Source of the DNA: Candidatus Micrarchaeia archaeon
GTDB lineage: Archaea; Micrarchaeota; Micrarchaeia; CABMEP01
NCBI GenBank assembly: GCA_038881595.1
Contig: JAVZPM010000001.1
Coordinates: 211,562 to 275,561, forward strand
Reading direction: 5' to 3'
DNA: 64,000 nucleotides
In this document: one piece after another, positions 49,350-59,899 of the stretch
Numbering within the stretch: the stretch's first letter is position 1
Layout of the letters: each line of letters opens with the position of its first letter
Notes under the pieces: generated by a model
Database searches by the model: none
The model's input: the letters and a program-made list of their open reading frames with translations, nothing else
What the model was told of the DNA's origin: nothing
Position numbers and translations under genes: made by a program

Positions 49350-50600
49350 ATGTTTGTAAATCCGCAAAAAAGTAAAATAAAATCAAATATTCATTCATTA
49401 TTTCTACAGATAATACTATTTTTATTTATTTTAAATCAAGTGAGTGCACTTTCATGCAGCGTTACAGATCAAAATTGCCCAAGCGGACAGATATGTGATA
49501 ATGGAGAATGCAGGGAATGCCTTACAAGTGCAGAATGCTGGAGCAAAACTCTAATTAGATCCACTCCAATAGGAGGGATTTCACCTTGGGTTAGTATATC
49601 TGTTATAGTTTTACTTATATCGCTCCTAGGTGTTGCAATATTTTATATGATAGCTTACGCATTCCAATCTGATCAGTACAAAAGAATTGCATTCGCTGAA
49701 CTGATGCAAGTATTGGCTTCATTTCTATTAATTGCTTTCTTATTCGGATTTGAAATATTTGAAACAGATATGTTAACGAGATTGGAAAAAACTTCTGGAG
49801 CGATTACATCTGCATTAGTTCTTCAATCCCAAGGAGCATCTCCTAATATCGCACTTTCTGGAAATGTTTATATTAATCCATTTGATGTTTCATATGCATT
49901 TCTTAGAAATATGATAACTTGCGTTCAAAACAAATTAAAGACAACATATGAGAATTCAAAAGCAATACAAACAATAATTAATTTAAATATAGACGTACAA
50001 GTGATTACACCTGGAAAGGTGAAATTTTCAGTTCCAAACCCTCTTGCTTTTACATCTCTATCAGAAACTGCAGCAAAGTACGAATTTCAAGCAAGTGAAC
50101 TTACTTGGCTTATGATATTCCTTTACGCCCAGATAGCAGTTCTGAAATTTATAGAAACATCTATGTTTACAGTCTTTTTGCCAATAGGGTTAATACTTAG
50201 AGCATTTCCACCTACTAGAGGAGCAGGGGCTGTGCTAGTTGCGATAGCAATAGGATTTTATCTAATCTATCCTTTGACATTCACTTTATTATATACTGGA
50301 ACACCTAAGCAGATAGAAGGATGCAATCTTCAAGTTGCATTCGATTACTCTCAATTGGAAAAGACATGTCCATTAAACATTGGTGCAACCACTCAGATAA
50401 TTTCTTCTGCATCTGATCTTGCTGCAACATTAGACGCAGCTGTACCGCAATTACAGGCAGGGACATCTTCTATTAGATTCACCGCATTCTTGTATATGCT
50501 TATTTCATTAGGTGTCACATTTATATTTGTCCGTTCATTGTCAAGCATATTAGGTGCAGATATTTCAGAGATAGGAAGAACAATGTTAAGATTATTATAA
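49350..50600 (+). CDS. Paralog 6 of the membrane-protein family, about 416 aa (start at ATG 49350; ORF-track start 49248 overlaps paralog 5)
   Basis: A signal peptide (..LNQVSA|LSC) and a CxxxxCxxxxCxxxxC exo segment are followed by QYKRIAFAELMQVLASFLLIAF, then LRAFPPTRGAGAVLVAIAIGFYLIYPLTF, and C-terminal LSSILGADISEIGRTMLRLL. Confidence 0.55.
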   Translation: MFVNPQKSKIKSNIHSLFLQIILFLFILNQVSALSCSVTDQNCPSGQICDNGECRECLTSAECWSKTLIRSTPIGGISPWVSISVIVLLISLLGVAIFYMIAYAFQSDQYKRIAFAELMQVLASFLLIAFLFGFEIFETDMLTRLEKTSGAITSALVLQSQGASPNIALSGNVYINPFDVSYAFLRNMITCVQNKLKTTYENSKAIQTIINLNIDVQVITPGKVKFSVPNPLAFTSLSETAAKYEFQASELTWLMIFLYAQIAVLKFIETSMFTVFLPIGLILRAFPPTRGAGAVLVAIAIGFYLIYPLTFTLLYTGTPKQIEGCNLQVAFDYSQLEKTCPLNIGATTQIISSASDLAATLDAAVPQLQAGTSSIRFTAFLYMLISLGVTFIFVRSLSSILGADISEIGRTMLRLL

Positions 50601-50622
50601 ATTACTATATTGGAGTGATAAT

Positions 50623-51399
50623 ATGGATAAGAAAAAGAAATTTGAAGCTGGCGTTTCATCAGTTCAAAACAATACTAAAAAAGATTTCATTAAGCAGTTT
50701 ACCTTTTATTTTGCAATTATATTTGGACTAATGATAATAGCCTACCTTCTTGCAATTCTTCCATCTTTGTTGGCAAAAAATTCTCCAAAAGTTGAACAAA
50801 CAGAATTATTTATAGAAGATTATTCTTGCAATTCAAGTGTCACAAAGGATTCTATTGAATACAATGTTACATATCTGATTATAAAAAATGGAACGCAAAT
50901 TGGAACCCTAGAATATAATTTTTCTAAAACTGGCTATGGTTTAATTAAAAAAGAAATAAGCACGATAGATTTCACAAAGTTAAAAGATTATTCTCAAGCT
51001 ATTAAAAATTCAAATGTTTCACTTTTATCATCTGCGATTACAATAATAGAGACTATTTATGATTTAGATTATAATTGTAAAAAATCTTCTTATATATTGA
51101 TTTTAGGAAACTCAACTTATAATTATTCTGGAGAGTGCAGTCCTCCAGACATTCCCTTCAAAATATGTGAGCAAAATATGAAAGAATTATTAAATGAAAA
51201 AATAGAAGCAGGAGCATTTACATTTAATGCAACGAAATATGAATATACTCACTCACAAATGATTCAAGGTCTGAAAGAAACACAAACTTTATTTATTTGG
51301 TTTTCAGATCTTCCATTTCCAATAAAAGTAGGTGATTCAGAATTTTATTTGATCCTTTCAAATTATTCAAAAAACAATATCAATAATGAAAATAAATAG
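50623..51399 (+). CDS. N-terminally anchored (single TM) extracellular protein, 258 aa
   Basis: The TM is FTFYFAIIFGLMIIAYLLAILPSLLA. The remainder is Asn/Ser/Thr-rich with four Cys. It lies between the paralog array and the giant protein. Confidence 0.45.
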   Translation: MDKKKKFEAGVSSVQNNTKKDFIKQFTFYFAIIFGLMIIAYLLAILPSLLAKNSPKVEQTELFIEDYSCNSSVTKDSIEYNVTYLIIKNGTQIGTLEYNFSKTGYGLIKKEISTIDFTKLKDYSQAIKNSNVSLLSSAITIIETIYDLDYNCKKSSYILILGNSTYNYSGECSPPDIPFKICEQNMKELLNEKIEAGAFTFNATKYEYTHSQMIQGLKETQTLFIWFSDLPFPIKVGDSEFYLILSNYSKNNINNENK

Positions 51400-51484
51400 A
51401 ATCTTACTTCAACAAATAATAAATTAAAATTAAATTCTTTATGTACAAATTAAATCAAGAAGAAAAGATGAAAAAGGTGGATAA

Positions 51485-54400
51485 ATGAATAAATCTGAAA
51501 TGAAAAAAGAAATTAAAATCAAACCTTCCTCTTTTTCAAATATTATGGTTTTTCTGATCATCTTTTCTTTGATGTTTATTCTTGTCTCTGGATGCATCGA
51601 ATTAAAGCCAAGGGAAGGGATAAGTACCACAGTTCCAGTTACAGTAACGAAAGGAAGTGATGTCTGTGTTGGTTACAATGAATCTACCTGCGGTGCTTTC
51701 TTAAAGGAAAAAAGAACTGCAATTTCTGATTATATTTGTAAAGGACCTATCGGTCCTTCTTATTCAAAGATGGACGAAGTAACTTATTCTCTTTCAGTTG
51801 AAAAAGGTTGGAGTTGTGAGGAAACAAAAACATATCTAGTTTTAGCAGGAAATAACTATATATTGTCAGGTTCAGGTCATATGGGTAATCCACATGGTGG
51901 TAGCATAACATTAGAAGATTCAAGAAATGTAGTATCACCAATATCTTATGGAATGAATAATCTAACTTTGAAATGTTATGTGAATGTATCTGTTAGCGTT
52001 TCAAAAGGTAAATATGAGAGGGGTTCATTTACCTTGAAATTTGATGGCTCATCTGATATCTTATCTCCAGGAGACCGTTTTGATGGACAATACTCATTTT
52101 TCGTACTACCATTAACTTTAACTCAAGAAAATAACAAATTAGTTGGAAATCTTAGTTTTTTAGGTACTTGGACAGTTACTGGAAAAGAATACGGTAGTTG
52201 GCCAAATAAAAAACACAAATCAGACATGGACGTTTCTTACTTTATTTCTTGTACTCCTTTTGCAAGCTACAATATTAATTGGAGATGTAAAAATACATAT
52301 ACTTTAGAATCATATGATTTTGTAAATTGCAGCTATGATGAATTTTCAACATTCCAGGGTGGAAGAACATTCCTTGATAACAATACTCCATTCAGCAAGC
52401 TTAGCAACTATATTCAATCATATTATGGGACTTACTCTTATAATCCAATTACTAAAGAAACAAAGCCAGCTGGAAAAATTCAGGTTCCATTCTTTATGTT
52501 AGGTCAAGGTCCATCATTCCAGGATTATGAAGAGGCAAAGAAGCTATGTGTCCCATGGAAAGAAACGATAGTAAATGTTTCATTAGGGAACACTACATTT
52601 GATCCACCGTTTTTGACAATACCGGCTGGTCTAGAGTTATGTATTGATAATAAAGACAATAAGAGGCATGATATAACTATAATCAATCTTCAGGATCAAA
52701 GTATAATAAAACAATACATTCTTCAGCCAAAGCAATTTTCGTGCTATCTACCTTATGAAGGCTTTTATCACATAAAAGATTCAAATGGGGACTATGCTTA
52801 TTTATCAGTACTAAAGGCAACAGATACAACTCAAATTTATATAGGGCGTAACATTGTTCCTAATTATACAGTAGTTAATGAAGGAGGATTTGTCAATTTC
52901 AGTCTTATCGAAAGAAAAGAGCATAACTTGAGTATGAGAAGTGTGAATAGATTTGATGATTATATCTATGAAAATAATTTTACTCTCAATCTTTCAAATC
53001 CAGTTGAAACAATAAGAGCACCACAAACAGGAGAGTATAGGATTAATGATATCACAACAGATAAAACAAGTTATTTATTTGTTCAGTCTCCGCTTCAGAG
53101 ATTTTTATTTAAGAGGGATGGAACAATTGATCCAGGATATGAAATATATAGACCGCTTGGAGATTTGATTTGTTTTAGAAGCGAAACTGAAGGTTTAAAC
53201 ATCTCAATTTCAAGATACACAGAAACAGAAAATGGATATGAATGGATATGGCTGACTAATGAAACATTGTCTACAAATTCATATTGCTGCATTCAAGGCG
53301 CGTTACCTGGAAAATATCAGGGAATAACAACGGATGGAAGAGTTGCAAATTGGACGATAGGAAGTGGAAAGCCTTCTGCAATAGTTTCTATTCAGCCGAT
53401 TGGTTTTGAACCTGAAGAAGTAGAAAGTCCTCCAGGAACAAAGATATGTTGGGTAAATCCATCAGCAATATCAAGAAATATTATAACAAAATCATCATCA
53501 GGAAAGACATTTTTCTCAGGCCAAATTCCACCATTCTCAGATAATGTTTGTTGGCCAACTATGAACAAGACAGATTCATATGTAACTACATTTGTACCTA
53601 ACTTAGATGTGAGGAACATTGTTAATATTAAAGAGGTCGATTCAAGAAACATCCAAATACTCTCGGGTGGTGCAGGCTTTGATACTATCTCATTAATTGT
53701 AAAACCTGGCTCTCAAATATGTTGGATTAATAACGACAATAAAAATCACACCTTAAAAGATGAAAATGGAAACTACATACTCTTAGCTCCATCCCAAACA
53801 AATTGTATAGATAAGACTACTATGCAGGAAGGAAATATTTATACACGCCAGCTGGATGAAAAAGAGATTTATTCAGATGTTGGAGTTATAGATGGTAAAG
53901 GCGCAATTTTGTCTCCAAGAGGTCCTATTCCATTTTCATTATTTGTAAATCCACCAAATGTTAATATGACTCAATCAGGAGAATTATATATTACATCTCC
54001 TTCATATTTCAAGATTATAAATAAACAGAGCGTTCCATCGGAATTATATGAGATTTCATACATCATTTTATCAGCCAACTCAACTGGATTGGCAGATATA
54101 GTAAAAACCGAAAATGAAATTACTATAATTAGTTCTCCAGTTAAGAGCTATACAAAGTTATTGCTTTATGTAGAAAATACTGATGATAAAAATCATACTA
54201 TAAGAGTAGAATCAAACGGAGATGAAATTAATATTTTGCCGAACTCATTTTATTTATTTGAAATTAGCCAAAGTACAGTATTAACAGATTTAACTGTTAA
54301 AGAAAATTTGACTAGGGGTGGAATCACAAATCAAACTATAATAAACGCTTTGTCACAAATTCCGATAAATATAATAGGACCTTCAGAGATAAAATTAAAT

Positions 54401-57400
54401 AAATCTGGTTCTAATGGAGATTCATTAATATTGGCTGCTCCAATCGAACCTTATACTTCAATACTTTATGAAAATAATACAAACAAGACAATCGTGATTA
54501 CTTTTGCAGATACAAATGAATTCATACTAAAGAACCCATTGAACAACCAAACATTAGACCTTCCAACTCAAGTTATTCATGGAGATCTATCTTCTCAAAT
54601 TCTTTACGATATGAGAAAATATGCAGATGAAGGAGCAATGTCATTGCTTATTCCTTCATTCCATAATGTCACAGTAAAGTTACATTCCTCTGTTTTCTCT
54701 CCATCTGAAGCATTAATACCTGCAGGAAGCACAATTACATTTACTAATAAAGATGTAATAGATCATACAATTGATTTAATTAAAAATGAAAGTGATATCA
54801 TCTCTTCAAGATCTTTTACCCTTCTACCCTTGCAATCAAATTCAACTTCAGATACACCAAAGAATACAACATTTACTTTTTATGATCAGCTTTCTAATAT
54901 GAAAGGAAATATCACAACCATTGCTTATGATGCAAATATTGGGATAATATCAACACTAATTTATCCAGAATATGGAATGGTTGCAGTTGGCAGACCCGTT
55001 AAATTCAATAATTATGATTCAGATTCGGATTACAGGGTTGAGATTAAACTTACAGATGATTTAAACATCGAACATACATATAGCTTAAACCTTCCTAAAT
55101 ATACAAATGGAATTCCAGGGTTTGCAACTTGGATTCCAGACAAGGCTGGAAATGCAACTTATATAGTTAGAAATAATACATTCATTGTTGGAACTGGTAA
55201 TATAATTGTAAGGAATTCAATTATCAATATTTCTATTAGAAATGGGGAGTTTGAAACGAAATCAATCGCTGTTGACCATAATAGTAAGGTATGCTTTATT
55301 CCAGACTCACCGAGAAAAATCTCAATTACTAATCTAGATACTGGTGAAAAGATAGCTGAAAGAACTATTTATCCATTAGGTATTCAAGCAACAGATTTAA
55401 GTAGTGCTTGTAAAAGAATTTATAACTGTTCTGCAAAACAGCAGACTGGGGATTATGGGTGTATAGGAATAGTAAACGAGTCAGATCCTTCTACATACTG
55501 CTCTTATTACTTAACTAACCCTTCAATAGCATGTAAATTAGATAATAATATTTCATGCATTGTAAAAGACCAATATTCAAGAGATTTAGAATGTACGACA
55601 GATTATTCTAAAGATACTCAACCTGCATTGCCAGGAATTCAACCACAATGTTTGTTCAAAGCAAGATTGGATGGAGAAGCATGCAATGGTGGTTCTGTAA
55701 TTAAGAATTCTTCTTTAGCTTCGATAATTAATTGTTCAGTTTCAAATAACGGTCAGCTTCAATTTAACTATTTTGAAGGAAAAGAAAAAACAGATACTTC
55801 TAATTTGTTATGCAATGTTCAAAAATCTGATAATACTGTGTCATGCATTCCAACAGGATTATACTCAGACGTAGGTTGCATCAAAAATTCATCAGCAGAT
55901 TCTTACTGCTATTATACACCTTCACCATTAACATCTCTAGAAAAGTCTAATCCATATACATTAACTGATAATCGTTTCTGTTCAGTAACAACTGCCCAAA
56001 GAACTGAAAGATATTATACAACATATGCATGTGATATAGGTTACGATGGTGTGTGTACATGCCCAACTGATAAAATGTGTGGTGCCTTACCATGCGATGG
56101 AAGCAGTGTTCTTGCAAGTATGTTTTATAAAAAATCTTCTTCTTGTACATTATTTGATAGGAATGCATTAAATTGTTCTGGAAATAGAGTAGTTGATACA
56201 TGTTTAAAAACAGGACAATATAATTTCGTTTTTCCAGCTTTAGATAATCCAAACTTTACTATATATATGAAACCAGGTGTAGGTTTCAAGGCATGCAAAT
56301 GCTATGCAGCTAACCAAAGAATAGTTACATATGCAAATTCATGTAGTGTTAAGACTGGAGGAAGTTCAATCACTCCATTTCCAAGCAATTGTATTTTGCA
56401 GTCTGAGAAATGTATGTTCTCTTCACCATCTGTATTTTTGTGTAGTAGTGAAGAAAATTGTCCATGTAAATTTGGATGTGGAAAGAAAGTTAACTATTCA
56501 ACACTAGGAAACATAGATTGTATTCAAACCCCTGGAGGTTGTAGAATAATATCGAATTATAATTTAGATAATGGTAATTACTGTAAATATGTATATACTC
56601 AAACATGCACACCTAAACAAGGATATGAAGATAAAGTATCATGCAAATTTGATGGAACATCATGTTTAATATCAGAAGGAAAGAAAATAAGAGATGATGG
56701 TTCACATTGTAAGTTGGATTTATTTTCATGTGAACCATCTTATTTAGGTGTTAATTGCAGTTTTGATGCATCAACACAATCATGTAAAGTTAGTTCTATC
56801 GAGCAATTCTGTTTCACACCAGCTTCAACTTATATCGTTGAGGATGTAGATACTGGAAATATAATGATAGTTGAAGGTTACGATAGATATACTCCATTAG
56901 AAATAGATATTCAAAAATCTATGTTCACTCCTTCCTTTGTTACCACATCCCCATTAAGTGATGTATGTTTCCAAAGTCTTGATGGAAAAATGCACAGAGT
57001 TTTAGTTCCAGAGATAGTAAAAAGTGAAGGTTTTATCGATGTTTATCAAGATAGGCAAACATGTCTTAATTTCCCATACAATTCAGAACCATGGACTGTA
57101 AGGCTGCAGGACAAGCCAGATGTTGCATTAGGCATTAAATCAATAAAACAAGATATAGAAGTAGTTGTCAAGTCACAGATGTTTGATCCTTCTGATCTGA
57201 TTCTTAGACCCAATACATCTATTACATTTATTAACACTGATTCAGAACCGCATCAACTTAACAAAGCAATACCATCTACAAATTTTGCTAAACTTATTTT
57301 ACAAAATAACATTTTAACAAGCGATTCATTCTTTTACAATATATTAAAAGCAGAATGGATGGATAAGATCGAATGTAAGGATGATTCGGACTGTCCGGAA

Positions 57401-59860
57401 GGTTCATTCTGCGATGTAGAAAAAAGATGTCATTCTATTAAATTCTGCATGAGGGATGAGGAGTGTCCATCTCCATCTATTTGTCATAATTATCATTGTA
57501 TTCTTACAAAACAGTGCCAAACTGATTTAGATTGTGGAGTTAATAGTAAATGTATTGATGATGGAACTGGAATTAAGAAGTGTATAACATTAGATATTCA
57601 ATGTTCAGATTCATTTGATTGCTACTCTTCAGATCCAAATTCAATTTGTATTAATAACAAGTGCACACGCATATTAAATTGTACTAATTCATTGGATTGT
57701 CCATCTGGATTTGTATGTTCATCTCAAATATGCACCATGATTAAAAATTGTACAAATAATAGCGAGTGCCCACCGAATTCAGTATGTAATCAAGGTAAAT
57801 GCTCTATACCAACAATCAATAATTGTAGCTTAGACAGTGATTGTCCGAATGGAATGTACTGCACTATTGTAGATAGAACTGAAGAGGGCGAAGATGTAAA
57901 GGTATGCACTTCAAGTCCATGCATTTCAAATTCGGATTGTAGCGAAGAGAGAAGTACAGCATGTATAACCAACTTCATTACTGGTGAAAATAATTGTACG
58001 CTTTATAATTCATCTTATGCAGAACCTTTATGCACAAGCGATGCAGACTGCTCTGAAGGTGGTTGCATTGATGGAAGATGTGTTATTTCAAAGAATTGTT
58101 CACATGATTCTGAGTGTGGCATTATAAATGGTATTCAATCAGTATGTGAATCTTCTGTCTGTAAGATCCCAGTTAAATGTTCTAATTTAGCAGATTGTAG
58201 ATCTGGAGAAATATGTCAAGATGGATTCTGCAGAATATTCCATAATAAGATTTGCACTACAGATTCAGAATGTAATACTGATGAAATTTGCAAAGAAATG
58301 AAGTGTATAAAGAAGCAGAATTGTTCTTCTACTACAGTTTGTAATTTATTACAAAGTGGTGCAGCCTGTACAAATGCTTCTTCATCTTCTCCGGCATTCT
58401 GTCAATCATCTGCAAATTGTACAAGCGATGCATTTTGTGCATCGAACCAGTATTGTGATCTAGGTTTAAAGCAGTGTATTACTTATCCTAAGACAACATG
58501 TGGTTCGCCAGTATATGGATCGGATGTTAGTCAGGTTAATGTTTCATTTAATCTACCATCATCTACATATAAAGCATATTTAATTTATTCTTTCAACGAT
58601 AATGGAAATATATTATTAAATGGACAAACTATTTTACCGACAACTAAATTTAGATGCCAGTATTCGACAGTGTCTGGTGTTACATATATTGATAACTATT
58701 CTCAAACTCAACAATGGAAAATACCTTTAGGTTTGCTTAAGTTAGGAAATGAAGAAAATAATATGTCAATTACAACATGCAGTTGTTCAGGTCAAAAAGG
58801 ATTTAACATTTCAATACTTTATTATTATGTTTCCCCAGAAGGAATCAGACAAGAGTCAATTATAATAGATCCAAATTCAAAAATTCAGATCTTTTCACCA
58901 CAACAATCTGAAGAACTAGTATATATTGATAATAAGACAAAGAACGTGCTTCCAATCTCTGTGAAGTCCATTGTAGATATAGCAGGAAATGTTAATTGTT
59001 CAGCTGACTTATCTTCAATGGCTCTGGCAATTGCAAGCTATGAAAGACTTGATTATGCTACCCAGGCATGCGATTCAGGAAAGCAGATTGAATGTGCATC
59101 TTATAATCCATACGGTCCTGCAACAGTAACATTCTTTGCCTCAGAATCTGGATTAAACCTTTCAAATGAATCTGAAAGACTGTGTGCATTCCAACAACTT
59201 GCATCTGTAAAGAATATATGCCCAAATTGTACAACTGTTCTAAATGTCGGAGATGTAAACATTACACAGCTTAATAATATTTTAATTTCAGCAAATTCAA
59301 CCCTAATATTTGGTAAAAATGCAATCGATTTTGTAGATGTAATAGGCTATGATGAATTCCTTAACAATTATCCATCTTGTAGCTTTGAAGACATAATGAA
59401 TTCAATAGTAAACAAATCAAAACTTGGTTTATACAATTACACAAAGCCATCAATAATAATGAGATTTGGATTAAAGGATGGAGTCTCATTAAGTAATCCA
59501 GCATGCAACTGGACAGATGAATCTATTATAACAGCATACCAAGATTTCTATGGAATATGGATTCCAATTCTTGCAGGTTCTGGTGTGCTTGGAACAGCCC
59601 AATACTGCTTGACAGATCCATGCCCGTCATTTGATTTCTATGGTCTTCTTACCTCAGGAAAGACAAACAAGCCATGGACAGATGCATGGTTCAGGGAAGG
59701 ATGCGGAAGATATTATTATGCAGCTGAAGGATTATCATTTACAACCTTTTCAATGAAGGAAACAAACTATTCAATGTGTGATCCATCAAAGATGCTTGCC
59801 TTACTTCAGACTGTTCAATGTGCGGTTGGCAAGTATACATTAAAATCAGGAACAAGTTAA
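51485..59860 (+). CDS. Giant (2791 aa) secreted Cys-rich surface protein with lipobox-like signal and tandem CxxDxDCPxGxxC repeats
   Basis: N-terminus MNKSEMKKEIKIKPSSFSNIMVFLIIFSLMFILVSGC has an archaeal lipobox VSGC. Large beta-rich regions lack Cys. Then come more than 100 Cys in the C-terminal 900 aa, including about 14 repeats such as CKDDSDCPEGSFCDVEKRC, CTNSLDCPSGFVCSSQIC, CSLDSDCPNGMYC and CSNLADCRSGEICQDGFC. There is no C-terminal TM. Confidence 0.65.
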   Translation: MNKSEMKKEIKIKPSSFSNIMVFLIIFSLMFILVSGCIELKPREGISTTVPVTVTKGSDVCVGYNESTCGAFLKEKRTAISDYICKGPIGPSYSKMDEVTYSLSVEKGWSCEETKTYLVLAGNNYILSGSGHMGNPHGGSITLEDSRNVVSPISYGMNNLTLKCYVNVSVSVSKGKYERGSFTLKFDGSSDILSPGDRFDGQYSFFVLPLTLTQENNKLVGNLSFLGTWTVTGKEYGSWPNKKHKSDMDVSYFISCTPFASYNINWRCKNTYTLESYDFVNCSYDEFSTFQGGRTFLDNNTPFSKLSNYIQSYYGTYSYNPITKETKPAGKIQVPFFMLGQGPSFQDYEEAKKLCVPWKETIVNVSLGNTTFDPPFLTIPAGLELCIDNKDNKRHDITIINLQDQSIIKQYILQPKQFSCYLPYEGFYHIKDSNGDYAYLSVLKATDTTQIYIGRNIVPNYTVVNEGGFVNFSLIERKEHNLSMRSVNRFDDYIYENNFTLNLSNPVETIRAPQTGEYRINDITTDKTSYLFVQSPLQRFLFKRDGTIDPGYEIYRPLGDLICFRSETEGLNISISRYTETENGYEWIWLTNETLSTNSYCCIQGALPGKYQGITTDGRVANWTIGSGKPSAIVSIQPIGFEPEEVESPPGTKICWVNPSAISRNIITKSSSGKTFFSGQIPPFSDNVCWPTMNKTDSYVTTFVPNLDVRNIVNIKEVDSRNIQILSGGAGFDTISLIVKPGSQICWINNDNKNHTLKDENGNYILLAPSQTNCIDKTTMQEGNIYTRQLDEKEIYSDVGVIDGKGAILSPRGPIPFSLFVNPPNVNMTQSGELYITSPSYFKIINKQSVPSELYEISYIILSANSTGLADIVKTENEITIISSPVKSYTKLLLYVENTDDKNHTIRVESNGDEINILPNSFYLFEISQSTVLTDLTVKENLTRGGITNQTIINALSQIPINIIGPSEIKLNKSGSNGDSLILAAPIEPYTSILYENNTNKTIVITFADTNEFILKNPLNNQTLDLPTQVIHGDLSSQILYDMRKYADEGAMSLLIPSFHNVTVKLHSSVFSPSEALIPAGSTITFTNKDVIDHTIDLIKNESDIISSRSFTLLPLQSNSTSDTPKNTTFTFYDQLSNMKGNITTIAYDANIGIISTLIYPEYGMVAVGRPVKFNNYDSDSDYRVEIKLTDDLNIEHTYSLNLPKYTNGIPGFATWIPDKAGNATYIVRNNTFIVGTGNIIVRNSIINISIRNGEFETKSIAVDHNSKVCFIPDSPRKISITNLDTGEKIAERTIYPLGIQATDLSSACKRIYNCSAKQQTGDYGCIGIVNESDPSTYCSYYLTNPSIACKLDNNISCIVKDQYSRDLECTTDYSKDTQPALPGIQPQCLFKARLDGEACNGGSVIKNSSLASIINCSVSNNGQLQFNYFEGKEKTDTSNLLCNVQKSDNTVSCIPTGLYSDVGCIKNSSADSYCYYTPSPLTSLEKSNPYTLTDNRFCSVTTAQRTERYYTTYACDIGYDGVCTCPTDKMCGALPCDGSSVLASMFYKKSSSCTLFDRNALNCSGNRVVDTCLKTGQYNFVFPALDNPNFTIYMKPGVGFKACKCYAANQRIVTYANSCSVKTGGSSITPFPSNCILQSEKCMFSSPSVFLCSSEENCPCKFGCGKKVNYSTLGNIDCIQTPGGCRIISNYNLDNGNYCKYVYTQTCTPKQGYEDKVSCKFDGTSCLISEGKKIRDDGSHCKLDLFSCEPSYLGVNCSFDASTQSCKVSSIEQFCFTPASTYIVEDVDTGNIMIVEGYDRYTPLEIDIQKSMFTPSFVTTSPLSDVCFQSLDGKMHRVLVPEIVKSEGFIDVYQDRQTCLNFPYNSEPWTVRLQDKPDVALGIKSIKQDIEVVVKSQMFDPSDLILRPNTSITFINTDSEPHQLNKAIPSTNFAKLILQNNILTSDSFFYNILKAEWMDKIECKDDSDCPEGSFCDVEKRCHSIKFCMRDEECPSPSICHNYHCILTKQCQTDLDCGVNSKCIDDGTGIKKCITLDIQCSDSFDCYSSDPNSICINNKCTRILNCTNSLDCPSGFVCSSQICTMIKNCTNNSECPPNSVCNQGKCSIPTINNCSLDSDCPNGMYCTIVDRTEEGEDVKVCTSSPCISNSDCSEERSTACITNFITGENNCTLYNSSYAEPLCTSDADCSEGGCIDGRCVISKNCSHDSECGIINGIQSVCESSVCKIPVKCSNLADCRSGEICQDGFCRIFHNKICTTDSECNTDEICKEMKCIKKQNCSSTTVCNLLQSGAACTNASSSSPAFCQSSANCTSDAFCASNQYCDLGLKQCITYPKTTCGSPVYGSDVSQVNVSFNLPSSTYKAYLIYSFNDNGNILLNGQTILPTTKFRCQYSTVSGVTYIDNYSQTQQWKIPLGLLKLGNEENNMSITTCSCSGQKGFNISILYYYVSPEGIRQESIIIDPNSKIQIFSPQQSEELVYIDNKTKNVLPISVKSIVDIAGNVNCSADLSSMALAIASYERLDYATQACDSGKQIECASYNPYGPATVTFFASESGLNLSNESERLCAFQQLASVKNICPNCTTVLNVGDVNITQLNNILISANSTLIFGKNAIDFVDVIGYDEFLNNYPSCSFEDIMNSIVNKSKLGLYNYTKPSIIMRFGLKDGVSLSNPACNWTDESIITAYQDFYGIWIPILAGSGVLGTAQYCLTDPCPSFDFYGLLTSGKTNKPWTDAWFREGCGRYYYAAEGLSFTTFSMKETNYSMCDPSKMLALLQTVQCAVGKYTLKSGTS

Positions 59861-59899
59861 TGAATAGACATCCAATAATAGTTTTTGATCTTTATCTTA

